Assembly: GCA_963809485.1 (NCBI GenBank)
Contig: CAWEJX010000004.1
Location: 384,001 to 448,000 of the forward strand
DNA length: 64,000 nucleotides
Source: an uncultured Acidobacteriota bacterium
GTDB taxonomy: Bacteria > Acidobacteriota > UBA6911
Reading direction: 5' to 3'
Part shown: positions 10,110-24,200 of the stretch, one piece after another
Layout: each line of letters begins with the position of its first letter
Position numbering within the stretch: position 1 is the stretch's first letter
Notes under the pieces: model-generated
Databases searched by the model: none
The model's input: the letters and a program-made list of their open reading frames with translations, nothing else
What the model was told of the DNA's origin: nothing
Program-made: the position numbers and the translations under genes

Positions 10110-10826
10110 TTATTCCTGATCTGTCTTGAGACCGGGCGCCGGCGTGATAATGGGCCTTCCGGTAACCGGGTGTTCACAATGGAAAGCCAGCACTTCATGA
10201 TCGGGCCACAGCAGCGGCTTGATGTCGGTCAATTCATCAGGTCCGTAAGGGTCATCCGGAAAAGTCGTGGTCAGGTTGGGAACGAAGTGCGGCGGAGTAT
10301 AGGCCCAGCCGCTTTCATGGGTGGCATGCCACACCGGACGGTAATTGAGCGTTTTGATTTTCCATACGCCGTCCATGCGCATATAGGAATTTTCATACAG
10401 AGCCCCCTCCCACCATTGCCGCGACACCCCGGAGGGTCTTGGATCGCGCTCATAATGAGTCCCGGCCATCATCATACAGCGGAACCGTGCCTTGGCGGTC
10501 TTTCTGTCGGGCGCGACGTCAACCACATCCTGCATCATCGGATGATCAAGAAGAAAACCGAACACAGGACCGTTCTTACCTCCGGTGAAACGTCGTCTGA
10601 ATCCATCGCAATAAGCGCGGCGGATGCCGGCCTTGCCTCTAAAAACTCCGCCGAAAAAATAGAACTCGCAATCTTCTGCATAGCAGTCCACCACTTCATC
10701 ATACATGCACTTGTCGAGAAAGTAGCCATACAGATGATGCAGCCGCCGGATCGCATGCACATCCTCAAGCATTCCTACCTGTTTTTCCAGCTTCTCAATC
10801 CTTGTTCTCAAATCTTCATCGCTCAT
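10110..10826 (-). CDS. SnoaL-like / NTF2-fold protein (SnoaL_4 type)
   Basis: LEDVHAIRRLHHLYGYFLD, DHPMMQDVVDVAPD, WWEGALYENSY...DGVWKI. GAGGAGG RBS. Confidence 0.85.
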   Translation of the reverse strand: MSDEDLRTRIEKLEKQVGMLEDVHAIRRLHHLYGYFLDKCMYDEVVDCYAEDCEFYFFGGVFRGKAGIRRAYCDGFRRRFTGGKNGPVFGFLLDHPMMQDVVDVAPDRKTAKARFRCMMMAGTHYERDPRPSGVSRQWWEGALYENSYMRMDGVWKIKTLNYRPVWHATHESGWAYTPPHFVPNLTTTFPDDPYGPDELTDIKPLLWPDHEVLAFHCEHPVTGRPIITPAPGLKTDQE

Positions 10827-10989
10827 GAGGGGTACCTCCTCTCACATTAGGGAATAGGTCGTAGATCCGAAACACTGCTTCTTTAAGTATCGCCGCTCCC
10901 CTTTAGTCCAGGCAATTTTCAAATGTTAGCGGTTCAGTTTGGCGGTTTATTTCAGGATTTTTTCGGGAAGGCCAACCTTGAAAGCCGGA

Positions 10990-11310
10990 CAACCAAATCG
11001 TTGCTGAAGCTCTCCCAGCTTACTATGCAAGGAATCCCTCGCTTTGCCAGTGTTAAAAAAGAAATTCCCAGAAAGCCCTGCGGCGGCCAAGGTGGATAAG
11101 GAGTTCTGGCCACAATTGCAGGACTTCGTCCGGGCTGGTATATGCCCAGACATCCGTATCCCGCGCTTCCCGCAGGATTTTTCCGAGCAGGCGGACGCGT
11201 TCCGGGTATGATGCGCCGCGAAGTCGCTCTTTGAGCTGTGCGACACTCATTGGCTCATCCCAGAGAAAATATGGGATTGCTGCCGGATCTTGAATCTCGG
11301 TTGAAAGATT
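10990..11310 (-). pseudogene. Decayed antitoxin-like gene (PYFLWD family) plus the first codons of a probable nucleotidyltransferase partner
   Basis: PYFLWDEPMS...LLGKILREARDTDVW...LGRRRAFWEFLF, an in-frame TAA, then HWQSEGFLA. An overlapping TTG-start MHSKLGELQQRF loses coherence after about 12 codons. The partner identity is from recall. Confidence 0.45.
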
Positions 11311-11535
11311 CACGTTTTTCACAATAATTTTCGTCAGCGCCTGCTGGCATTTTAGCATAAGACCATTGAATCGATATTACTGAAGAATAAGGGAGCTTTG
11401 GCGTTGAAGCCTTCCCGAAAATGAGCATGCTGCAACAGCCTATGCCTTTTATGGGCAGGGCGGGACATCAATCAGGAAGGAAATATGCCCGAATAGCTTT
11501 TTATTATCGCAGCCCCGTCCCTATTTACAGGATGC

Positions 11536-11571
11536 AAAAAAACCGGCGGCAACTTTGGGGGTTGCCGCCGG
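11536..11571 (-). terminator. Rho-independent terminator of the TonB receptor gene
   Basis: CCGGCGGCAAC / GTTGCCGCCGG stem followed on the minus strand by a T7 tract, about 30 nt after the stop. Confidence 0.8.
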
Positions 11572-11600
11572 AAAGGCGATAAAAGAAGTTGCGCGGAAAC

Positions 11601-14600
11601 CTAGAATATAAGCTTCAGAGCAAACTGAATCTGTCGTTGGCTCCCCGGCATGGTCGCCGCCAATCCGGTCGAGGTTGTGTAGCAGGGGCCTTGGCCCCCG
11701 TTGCAGATCGCCCCCCCGGGGTTCCTATAGGCAGCCGGATCGGAAAGATACTGGTAACGAGCATCCGTCGGAGTGACGGTGCCGGGTGTGCCCATCAGGT
11801 AGGCTTGCGAGCCGAAAAAGAAGTTGGGGTGGTTCAGGACATCGAAAAACTCCGCCCGAAACTGCATGTTGACCCTCTCGTTCAGCTTGGTGTCCTTCAC
11901 GAGCGAGAAGTCCCAGTTGAAGACATTGGGGTTGTTGAGCGAGTTGCGGCCGGAACTGCCGAGGGTACCATAAGGCGCGTACACGAAACATTCCGGATTA
12001 TACCACTGGTTTCTCTTCTTCGACATGGGGTCGCAGCCGGGGACGAGATTGGGACGCTCGCCTTCGGTGGCGCCTCCCGTTGCGGATTGATACTGGCCCC
12101 CGAACTGGTTCTGGAGGTTAAAGGGCAGGCCCTTATAGCGGGTGACGATAGTACCGATCTGCCAGCCGTCCACCGCCCGATTGCCCTTGAACGGCAGCCG
12201 ATAAAGGACGTTGGCGGTAAATACATGGTCGGAGCTAAAGCTGCAAGGACCATAATCAAAGTCCGGGTTGTAGGCATTATAGACAGCCCACTGGCCCTGT
12301 TCCGAGCTGTTGGTGGCCGAGGCGTTATCCAGGCACTTGGACCAGGTGTAGGCGACATTACCTACCAGGGATGCGCCGAACTGCCGGTTCAGGCTGATCT
12401 GCAAGGAGTTGTAACTGGAGTGGGCAGTGGGCGTAACCGCTTCCACTGCCTGGAAGTTGGGGTTGGTATATAAGCCCACAAACGGGTTGATTACCGTACC
12501 CCGCGGGCCCTGGCCGTTAGCTCCGGGCCAGTTGGCGGCGTTCGCCGCCTGCCAGTCAGCCGATTGGTCGGAAAAGGCCAGGGGAGGATTGGCATTAGAC
12601 CACAGGAACAGGTTTTTGCCCGAGGAACCGTTGTAGCCCACCGTCAATACTGTTCCGGCCCCCAGCTCGCGCTGCACGGTCAGGTTGTACTGCATAACGT
12701 ATGGCGCCGTGTCCACAGTGTTCGGGAGGGCATAGTACCATGCGATCGTTTTCTTTGCTGGGAGATTACCCATGATCGGGCTGGCTATGATCTGGTTTGG
12801 ATCGTTAGGCAGCAAGGGGAACAAATCAGTGGTAAAGAAAGAAAAGAACAGCGGTGTATTCGGGTGAAACGACGTGTTGTTGTTCGCATAGGTACGCGAG
12901 GTGACGGGCTCGTGGAACAGGCCGAAACCGGCGCGAACCGAGGTTTTGTGATCCCCGAAGACGTCCCAGGCGATGCCGACGCGCGGATCGAAGTTCATGA
13001 CGTTGGGATTATCGATAAACGGATGCTCCGCGGTGATGAAGTCGTCCTGGGTCGTTGTCGGCGAAGTCAAATCGTTGATCACGAACACCGGTTCACCGAC
13101 CGTCGTCGGGTTGGTGGCAAACTCGTAACGCAGGCCGATATTCATGGTAAGTCTCTTGGTGATTTTCCAGTCGTCCTGGATATAAGGAGACAGATACGTC
13201 TGACGCCAGTAGCGGGCGGGATTGAAGGGATAATTCGTCCCGTCCGGGTCGGTATAGCTGTATTCGGGGCCGGCCGCGTTTACGCCTAACAACGGCATGC
13301 CGTACAACGCGCCGCCAAACGGGGTGCCCGGTATCCCGCCGCTAAGATTTGAGAAGATCCACGCGCCGCCGGAATATTGGTTCCATATCATATTCAGCTG
13401 CATGCGGGTCACGGCGGCTCCGAAGCGGAGGCTATGCGCGCCCAGCGACATGAAGACACTGTCGCCGAAGCTGTACCGGTTCATGACCGGCCGGCTTGGA
13501 CTCGAAGGAGTGGGACCCAAAGATGCAAGCCCATAGCCGGGTGAAAAATCCATATCCTGCCTGCCGGGGACTTGCTGCAGGGCAGTGCCGGTTCCTGTCT
13601 TGCCGCCGTTCGCCGTCTCCGTAAACAGCCGCACATACCCAAAACGGGCCTCGTTGATTATCTTGGACGAGAACATATGCCGCTCTGAGAGGGTGAAGTA
13701 CTGGTTGCGCTCCCAGTCAAGTTCCGGATATCCCGGGACCTGAGTATACACATATGGGAGTTCCTGATAAGCGCTCTCCCGTGCGTAGCGGGCGAACAAG
13801 CTGTCCTTCGAGCCCAGGGTGTAGTCCACGCGGCCCAACACATAGTCCTGGTCCCCGATTTGGTTTTCGGTGGAGCAATAAAGACCGGTGCCCTGCAGGA
13901 ATTGGATGCCGGATACATTGGGACATTGGGACGCGCTTTGGGCAAGTGGATACAGAGAGAATATGCTTTCTGTCACCGGATTTATAGGGATCTCCGGACC
14001 CTCCGGCCCGAAAGGGCGGCCGACCCACTGTCCACTCTGGTTTTGCGTCATGCCGCCGGCACGGAAAAGTTCAGGCAACGAAGTAGGCACCACCGCGCGA
14101 TTCGTCAAACCCGTACTCGCGCGCAGGCCTTCGTAGTTGAAGAAGAAGAAGGCTTTATCCTTCTTGAGGGGACCTCCGATCGAGGCTCCGAAGTTATTCC
14201 TCTTGAAGCTCGGCTTCTGGCCGGGGACGTCGAAGTAGTTCATGGCATCCAGGGCACTGTTGCGGAAGTATTCGTAGGCGGAGCCGTGCAGCTCGTTGGA
14301 GCCCGACTTGGTGACTGCGTTGACGGCCGCGCCGGTACCGCCGAATTCCGCGCTGTAGGTGTTGGTCAGAATCGTGAATTCCTGGATGGCCTCCATGCCG
14401 AGCGAAGTCCCCATCACGCTGATGCCCGCGCCATGATCCATCTGGTTGCGGATGTCGGTATTATCCAGCATGTAGGCCATTCCCACGGGGCGCGAACCGG
14501 AAATGGAGTAATTGGTTGATTGACCGTAAGTAGTGGCCGACTGGCCGCCGCCCCCCCCGGTTGCAGGCACTGTCGCCACTCCGGGCGCCAGGCTGAGGAG

Positions 14601-15089
14601 ATCGGTGAAATTGCGGCCGTTGAGCGGCAAATTCTCCATCTGCCTGGGCGCGATCAGGGAGCCCACCGAGGCCGTTTCGGTGTTGATGGTTGTGGTTTGT
14701 CCCTGGACCTCGACTACATCCACAGGTTGGCCAACCGCCAGCTTAAAATCGAGTACCCGCCGTGCGCCGACGGTCATCACAATTCCGGTCTGCACCATCT
14801 TCTGGAAGCCGGCCATCTCCGCGGAAACGTCGTAGTTTCCCACCGCCATTTCCGGGAGAATGTAGCGCCCCTGTCCATCGGTAACGGCGGAGTAGACAAT
14901 GCCCGTGCTGAGATTCTTAGCCTGGATCACGGCGCCGACTACCACCCCGCCGCTGGGATCCAAGGCAGTTCCGGAAAGGGTTGCTTTTTCAGCCTGCGCC
15001 CGTAAGTCGCCAAGAGCAAGGACGCCCAATAAAAGCACCAGCAGCGCCCAAAATACAATTCTCCTACGCACTACAAGACATTTAGGCAT
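11601..15089 (-). CDS. TonB-dependent receptor, Oar/carboxypeptidase-regulatory-like type
   Basis: Signal peptide, LPLNGRNFTDLLSLAPGV, TKSGSNELHGS.YEYFRN, YIQDDWK, C-terminal RQIQFALKLIF. Confidence 0.95.
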   Translation of the reverse strand: MPKCLVVRRRIVFWALLVLLLGVLALGDLRAQAEKATLSGTALDPSGGVVVGAVIQAKNLSTGIVYSAVTDGQGRYILPEMAVGNYDVSAEMAGFQKMVQTGIVMTVGARRVLDFKLAVGQPVDVVEVQGQTTTINTETASVGSLIAPRQMENLPLNGRNFTDLLSLAPGVATVPATGGGGGQSATTYGQSTNYSISGSRPVGMAYMLDNTDIRNQMDHGAGISVMGTSLGMEAIQEFTILTNTYSAEFGGTGAAVNAVTKSGSNELHGSAYEYFRNSALDAMNYFDVPGQKPSFKRNNFGASIGGPLKKDKAFFFFNYEGLRASTGLTNRAVVPTSLPELFRAGGMTQNQSGQWVGRPFGPEGPEIPINPVTESIFSLYPLAQSASQCPNVSGIQFLQGTGLYCSTENQIGDQDYVLGRVDYTLGSKDSLFARYARESAYQELPYVYTQVPGYPELDWERNQYFTLSERHMFSSKIINEARFGYVRLFTETANGGKTGTGTALQQVPGRQDMDFSPGYGLASLGPTPSSPSRPVMNRYSFGDSVFMSLGAHSLRFGAAVTRMQLNMIWNQYSGGAWIFSNLSGGIPGTPFGGALYGMPLLGVNAAGPEYSYTDPDGTNYPFNPARYWRQTYLSPYIQDDWKITKRLTMNIGLRYEFATNPTTVGEPVFVINDLTSPTTTQDDFITAEHPFIDNPNVMNFDPRVGIAWDVFGDHKTSVRAGFGLFHEPVTSRTYANNNTSFHPNTPLFFSFFTTDLFPLLPNDPNQIIASPIMGNLPAKKTIAWYYALPNTVDTAPYVMQYNLTVQRELGAGTVLTVGYNGSSGKNLFLWSNANPPLAFSDQSADWQAANAANWPGANGQGPRGTVINPFVGLYTNPNFQAVEAVTPTAHSSYNSLQISLNRQFGASLVGNVAYTWSKCLDNASATNSSEQGQWAVYNAYNPDFDYGPCSFSSDHVFTANVLYRLPFKGNRAVDGWQIGTIVTRYKGLPFNLQNQFGGQYQSATGGATEGERPNLVPGCDPMSKKRNQWYNPECFVYAPYGTLGSSGRNSLNNPNVFNWDFSLVKDTKLNERVNMQFRAEFFDVLNHPNFFFGSQAYLMGTPGTVTPTDARYQYLSDPAAYRNPGGAICNGGQGPCYTTSTGLAATMPGSQRQIQFALKLIF

Positions 15090-15169
15090 TTTGTGTTTCT
15101 CCGGTCGTAGAGGTTAAGAGCCTTGACGGTTGGCGCGCTTTTACCACAATACTGGCGCAATGTCAACAA

Positions 15170-15446
15170 AGCGGTGGGACCTCCAGCGGGACCAAACGGC
15201 CAGAGGATGAATAGCGGGCGGGCCAGTTCTTTAGGTGTGCTTTCGACCGAAGCGCCCGCGCCATTTTTCTGCTGTCGCGGCGTAACTGAGCCCTGGTTTT
15301 TGAGGTTGGAGAAGCATGGCATTGAAAGGGGCAAAGTTGCGCAGGCTTGCAACGAAGTGCCACAGATCCATATAATCCTTGCTTCGCGCATAGAGTCGCG
15401 AATCACCAAGCAGCGGATCGAGCAAGGATCGTGAGGCTCCGGCCAT
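15170..15446 (-). pseudogene. Remnant of an ArdC-like N-terminal domain protein
   Basis: RSLLD.LL.DSRLY..SKDY...LRNFAPFNAMLLQ.QKPGLSYAA, a frameshift, then PKE.ARPL.ILWPFGP. Truncated against the TonB receptor start. Confidence 0.5.
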
Positions 15447-15475
15447 CCGGAGCCTCCGTTTCGTAATCTGACAGA

Positions 15476-15679
15476 CTACAGTTTCACTACGTTCTGAGCC
15501 TGTAATCCTTTGGGGCCTTGTGCCACGTCGAACTCGATACTGTCGCCTTCGTTAAGAGACTTGAAGCCCTCGCCTTGAATGGCGCTGTGATGGACAAAAA
15601 CGTCATCTCCGGAATTGCGGCTGATAAAACCATAACCTTTGTCGTTATTAAACCACTTTACAGTTCCTTGTTCTTTCAT
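15476..15679 (-). CDS. cspA: Cold-shock protein
   Basis: [19 protein letters not shown]...DVFVHHSAI...[10 protein letters not shown]. The paralogue letter is uncertain. Confidence 0.95.
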   Translation of the reverse strand: MKEQGTVKWFNNDKGYGFISRNSGDDVFVHHSAIQGEGFKSLNEGDSIEFDVAQGPKGLQAQNVVKL

Positions 15680-15764
15680 TTGTTTTCCTGACTTAATGTC
15701 CCTGTACTGAGGGAATTTTTGTGATATTTCTGGTTTCGGCAATCACCCGCAATTTTTCGGGCAT

Positions 15765-15799
15765 AAAAAAAGCTGCTTCCCCCGTCAGGAGTCTGCAGC
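15765..15799 (-). terminator. Terminator-like hairpin between groEL and csp
   Basis: Minus strand GCTGC-aga-CTCC-tgac-GGGG-gaa-GCAGC followed by a T tract. Confidence 0.45.
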
Positions 15800-16051
15800 A
15801 CATTCAATCAACAAAATCCTGCAAAAATCTTTCTGAGGCATAAAATAGATCGCCTCCCAGGCAAGAAAGAAAAGCCAATTCCTGAAATTTCAACGGATCC
15901 GGCTGTAATGCCGCCCCGACAAACTTGGCAATTATTCACGGTTTGCTGTGTCTGAATTGGATACCTTTTGCTTTAAACTTGGCAGAAATGGAGCCCTCTA
16001 AGGATCAGGACTACAGCCAGGCAAAATTGTCCGTTCGAAAAATCCGGCCTT

Positions 16052-18031
<1,980 letters not shown>

Positions 18032-18147
18032 ATCAAAATCTCCCTTGTTATCATCCGCAATTCATCCACGCATAGGATCCAACATAAACTGTTATTAACC
18101 GGGCCAGGTGCCGACTATTACAGTACGCCCGCGGAATCCGCATGTCG

Positions 18148-18185
18148 GTTCAATGTTGCTCACGTCTCTGGTCACTATTGCTCAT
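18148..18185. promoter_or_regulatory. Tandem 16-bp motif (22-bp period) upstream of groES
   Basis: GTTCAATGTTGCTCAC-GTCTCT-GGTCACTATTGCTCAT. A near-identical pair lies at 33269-33306. Confidence 0.5.
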
Positions 18186-18231
18186 GGGTGCGCCCAGTGT
18201 GCATGAGAGATTTTCGTGAAAGCCGTGCGCT

Positions 18232-21200
18232 CTACGGGGATACAACGTATATTATCACCTCAACGGAATGCTCCTGCCTATCATCAACAAGGGGAATGGT
18301 TTCCCCGTCTTGCTTGATACCATCTACGGTCACGGTCATCCCCCCATCCGAGGCGAGCGTTTGCAGGATATCGATGTGATACAGAGTTTCCCGATACCGA
18401 TAGTGAACCTTGAACGATTTCCAGTCCGCCGGCAGGCACGGTGCAAAACGCAGTCTGTCCACTTCCAGCTTCAGCCCTAGAAGTGATTCCACGATAAGCC
18501 GGTACATCCAGCCGGCTGAACCCGTGTACCACGTCCATCCGCCGCGGCCGATGTGCGGCGAGAGCGCATAGACATCGGCCGCCACGACATACGGTTCCAC
18601 TTTATAGGCAGCAATTCTCTCCGGAGATTTGGCATGGTTCACCGGGTTGATCATTGCAAATAATTCCCACGCGCGCTGTTTTTCGCCCAATGCGGCGAAC
18701 GCCATCACCGCCCAGATGGCTGCATGAGTGTACTGCCCGCCATTTTCTCTTACGCCCGGGACGTACCCTTTAATATAGCCAGGATTCAAGTCCGATCGAT
18801 CAAACGGCGGATCCAGTAGCTGGATCAGCGCATGATCTCGGCGAACCAGGCGCTGATCCACCGCTGCCATAGCCATGCGAGAGCGGTCAGCATTGCCCGC
18901 CCCGGATAGAACAGACCAGCTCTGCGCGATCGAATCAATCTGGCATTCGGGATTGCTCGCAGATCCGAGCGGCGAGCCATCGTCAAAGTAAGCCCGGCGA
19001 TACCATTCGCCATCCCAGCCATTCTGCTCGATTTTCTGACGCACTCGAGCCGCTTCCTGCCAGCAACGCTCGGCGAAGGAAACATCACCATATCTGCGGG
19101 CGACTTCCTCGAACTGCATGAGTACTTCATGAAGGAAAAATCCCAGCCAGATGCTTTCGCCCTGACCGTGTTCGCCCACCATGTTCATGCCATCGTTCCA
19201 GTCACCGGAGCCGATGAGCGGCAGCCCGTGCTCTCCAAATCTGAGGCCTCTCACAATGGCTCCCCTGCAGTGTTCGTACAGACTAGCCACTTTTTCAGAC
19301 TGACTGGGCAGATCGTAATAGGAATCCTCTTCCGCACTTACCGGTCGGCCTTCGATGAAATGGACGGCTTCATCCAATACTCCGGTATCTCCTGTGCTCA
19401 GAACGTAGCGGCTTGTTGCCAGAGGCAGCCAGAGGGAATCATCCGAACAATGCGTGCGCACGCCCCGGCCCGAAGGGGGATGCCACCAATGCTGGACATC
19501 TCCCTCCTGGAACTGGCGGGCTGCGCAGCGGAGCAAGTGCGCGCGCACGAGTTGTGGCTCAGCGTGGATAAGCGCCATCACGTCCTGCAACTGGTCGCGG
19601 AACCCGAAAGCACCTCCCGGCTGGTAGTATCCGTTCCGTGCCCAAAGGCGGCACGAGAGAGTCTGGTACAAGAGCCAGCCGTTTGCCAGAACGTTGAGGG
19701 ACTGGTCGGGGGTTTCCACATTGACCGCGCCGAGCGTTTGGTTCCAGTACTGCCACACCGCTTCGAGCGCGGCGCGAGCGGCGATAGACCCCCTGAAGCG
19801 ATGTGTCAGGTTGCCGGCATCATCGGCATCATGCCCTGCACCGAGCCTGAAGATGAACTCACGCTCTTCTCCATCGGCTAATTCGAATGGAACCTGGATC
19901 GCGGCGCAGGGATCCAATGCGGCACCCACCCTTCCGGAAAGCTTCGAGTGCGTCATGGCGGCCGGATTCCGGAGCGTGCCGTTACGCCCAAGGAATTCGG
20001 TCCGGTCGCCGCTGATGTTCCGAATCTCATTATCCACATCGTAGAAAGCAACCCTGTCCGCGAACTCCGTGTTGTATGGATTTCGAGCGAAAAGCGCTCC
20101 GCTTGTGGAATCGACTTCAGTAATTATGTGCATTGCAGATTTTGGCCGCAGGTCTCCCAACACCCATTCCACGTAACCTGTGGCTGAGAGGCTGCGGGAT
20201 CGGCCGGACTCGTTTCGCACTTTCAACATCATGAACTTGATAGGGGCGTCCATGGCCACATATGCCCAAAGTTCTGAGCGGATGCCCCGCTCCGTGTGCT
20301 CGAAGACGCTGTAACCGAATCCGTGCCGCGTGGCGTAAGGCTTCGCTCCGGGGCTCGGCAACGGCGTGGGCGACCAGAAATAGCCGCTTTCTTCATCGCG
20401 GATGTACAGGGCTTCTCCGCTTGAATCGCTCACCGGGTCGTTGACCCAGGGAGTGAGCCGGAATTCGTGGGCATTCTCGCTCCAGGTGCAGCCAATGCCG
20501 CTCTCCGAGATGATGGTTCCGAAGTGCGGATTCGCCAGGACATTCACCCACGGCGCCGGCGTCACTTGCCCGCGCGCGGTCGTGATGACATACTCGCGCC
20601 CATCAGGGGTGAATCCGCCCAGACCGTTGAAGAAAACCAGATCACGGCGAGGCAATGCGGCGGCCGCCGGAGGTTCGGCGCTGCCGGTTCGGGTGGGTCT
20701 AAGGCGCGGGACTGGCGCCTCCACAGGGCCGCGACGATTTATCTGGTCCGCTAGTGATCCCCGACTGTCGGTGATGATGGCGCGAGCAACCGTTTGGAGC
20801 AGAATGCGATCCTCGTTCGACATCTGCTCCGCAGGCCTTACAAAGATGCCCCCCGGCCGATCGGTCACGTTGGCTTCAGTACCTGCGGCAATCAAGCCCA
20901 TGATTTGTTCGTGCAGGTCTTGCCGATAGCCGGCGAGATCTTCGTTCCAGATCACCAGATCGACCGCCAGTCCTTTCAGGCGCCAGTAGGCATGGGCCTG
21001 CACGAGTTGGCGCACCAGATCGATATTAGCCGCATCCCTGATCCGCAACAGCACGATCGGCAAATCGCCTGAAATAGCGTAGCCCCATAGGCCGGATTGT
21101 CCCCGGCTGTTTTTAAGGAGAATGCCCGGGTCGGCGCGCAGCGAGGAATTGGCGTAAATCACAGAACTGGCAAGGCGCCCATAGAGTTGTGCATCAGCCT

Positions 21201-24200
21201 CTGTGGCGTTGATCTGCCGCAGCACGATCTGGTTGTGTGTCCACGCAAGGTCGAAGACTCGATCGGCCAGACGACGATCCTGGTATTTCTCAACAAGGCT
21301 CAGGCACGCATCACGCGTCGCGCCGATGCCGGTAACAATATTGATCGTTGCCGTTTTCTCCGGATCGAGCGTTATCTGATGACGGATTGCGGCGATCGGA
21401 TCCAGCACGGACCCCTCGCTGCCCGAGAGCGCCCCAGGATCGGTCATCGCTCGCGGATCGGCAGCACTATGCCCCCGGCCTATGAAACGCATCCGATCCG
21501 TTTCATAGGAAACTTCACCGATCTCCGCCCCATGAACAGCCATTAGGTGAAACATCCATGGCTCCTGCTCGCCGGCTGACCGGGGCCGACGAGTGCAGAG
21601 GATCGCCTGCCGCTGGCGGATGATTTCGGTCCGAACAAAGAGATTGCTGAGCGCCGGATGCAGCGCGTCCGCGGCAGGCGATGTGAGAACAACTTCAGCA
21701 TAACTCGTTACCTCGATGACCTTGCGTATCCGGGACTGGTTGGTTATGCGGATCCGGCGCAGCTCGATATCGTCCTCGGGCGAAACGCTGATCTCAGTGT
21801 GAGTGTCGAACTCGTGATTGCGGCAGCGGAACTCAGCTCGCGCCTCCGAGAAAATCGCTTCGTAGCCCTGCAATTGCTTAAGCGCCGGCTGATATGCGGT
21901 CGACCAGAATTCTCCGCTCGCCGTGTCGCGGATATAACAGAACGTGCCCCAGTTATCGCTAGTTCGGTCTTCATGCCAGCGCGTGACGGCAATGTTCTTC
22001 CAGCAACTGTACCCGCCGCCCGCGTTTGTGACCATTACATGGTACCTGCCGTTCGATAGCAACTGCACCTCCGGCATAGGAGTGTCGGGACTGCTGAAAA
22101 CACGGATCGACGTCTCCGGGCCGTTGGAGGTTGCAGATGTATCGGAGATCTCGGCGGTGTGCCAATGGAACGCCGAGGCCTTTGGAATACGCTCCTGGAG
22201 CAAAAGCATGGTTGCCTGGAACGACGGATCCGACTCGAACCGCTTCTGCATCGGATGGTTCAGAAGCAGATCGGCCAGAGAGAGAAAACTCATGCCCTCG
22301 TGATGCGCCATGAACGATCGGACCACGGCGCTCGATTGCCCACGCGGCAAATGCGACGGAGTGTAGTCGATTGCTTCATAGAGACCGTATTTCCCTTCCA
22401 GCCCTTCTGCGGCAAGTCGCTCAAGATTCAGGCAGGCCTGCTCGGGCTTCACCATCAGCGCGAGCGCCGAAGCATACGGCGCAATAACCAGATCTTCGGC
22501 TAGTCCACGTTTAAGTCCAAGGCTCGGCACGCCAAACGCGCGATACTGGTAGGTAAGATGGACGTCTAACGCGTTGTAGCAGGATTCAGAAATGCCCCAC
22601 GGTACTCGGCGTTTCCTGCCATATTCGATCTGCCTCTCCACGGCCTCCTTATAGGTCTGGTCGAGCAGCGTATTCTCATGCGTTGGCATCACCAGAAGCG
22701 GCATGAGGTACTCGAACATCGAGCCGCTCCATGAAAGGAGAACCGGCTGTCCGCCGGGACCCGTGAGCAAACGGCCCAGGGCAAACCAGCCTTCCTGTGG
22801 CAGTTGTCCCTGCGCAATCGCCACAAAACTGCAGAATCTGGCTTCCGAAGCCAGCAGGTCGTAATAGCTCGAGTCCCGCCGTCGCTCACTAACGTTATAC
22901 CCGATCGCCAATAGATGGTTGCCCTTGTCGAACAAAAAGCTATAGTCCATATCAGCGAGTTCACCGGATTGCATCGCAAGGCCTTCAATGGCGGCAATTC
23001 TCGCCTTGGCCCGCCGGGTCCCCTCCGTGATAAGCCTTTGAATTTCGCTAAACCATTCGCTCTCAGCCGGGCACGCCTCCAAGCCAAGCTGGTCCTTGAT
23101 TGCCGGCAGCAGCTTTAGATCAAGCCTTGCCAATTCGCGCAACGTTGGGATTTCATCGAGGCTCGGAAACTCGCTGAGTCTATTCGGGGATGTCTGAAGC
23201 GATATCCACGGAACAAGAAACTTCAGCTCATCGAGGGCATCCTGGCATTGCCGCGCAAGGGCGAGTGCCCACCGCTTTGCCTCGCTCTCGGGATCAGCAT
23301 CCAGGCTATCCGCTACCTTAGCGGCGAAGCCCGCCAACCGGCCGAGGCGTTGCCGTGCCTCCGCGAGCGTGGATGGCGGGGAATCGGATTCCAAATCCTT
23401 TTGAAGCTGATTGAGCCGGGTTGGAGCTGTTCCTCTGGTAGCGTCCACGAGGATTCTCAGCGTGTCCCTGGGCCCGTCAAACAATCGCGCTCCCAGGATT
23501 TTGCAGTCTGGAAGTGCGAACAGCCCCTGCCGAAGGGTCAGTAAATGACCCGCGAGGTTTCCGCTGTCTACTGTCGAAATGTACATGGGCAGCAGCGGCT
23601 TCAAGGACAGCGTGTCGTACCAGTTATAGAAGTGGCCTCTGTGGCGCTCCAATGCTTCCATCGTGCGCAGTGCGTTTGCTGTGCGTTCCAGGAGTTGGCC
23701 GGCCGAGATGTATCCAAAATCGTATGCGGACAGATTCGCCAGCAACGCAAGTCCCATGTTCGTCGGCGACGTGCGGTGTCCGACGATTGCAGCCGGCTGC
23801 TCCTGATAGTTGTCAGGCGGCAGCCAATGATCCTCCGAGCCGACGAATGTTTCGAAGTAGGCCCAGGTCTTCCGGGAAAGCTTTTGAAGAAAGATAGTCT
23901 GGTCGGCTGTCAGCCGTGCTGCGCGGCGAGAGAGCGGCCGGCTAATCCACCATGCGATAATGGGGGAGGCGAGCCAGATTGCCAGTATTGGCGCAGCCGC
24001 ACCGGCAGCGGCCGGCTTTGCGAGCGCCAGATGGACTGCAGTGGCAACCGCAATCGCGGGGGCAAGCCACATCATTCGCCAGAAAGCCGCGATATCCGTG
24101 CGGCGATTGCGATCCGGATCGACCGAGAGACTCCATTCGAGAATTCTCCTGTGCGTAACCAGCATCCGAACAGCAGTACGCACAATCGCATCCAGACTGA

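Noticed and set aside
11348-11375. dif/pdif-like Xer site (TTTAGCATAA...), also near 49880 and 59370
   Set aside because: Only one arm resembles the consensus and the second arm does not match.
18188-18200. Group II intron 5' end (GTGCGCCCAG) and a 3'-like end near 32010
   Set aside because: No domain V hairpin or reverse transcriptase is present; these short matches are expected by chance.
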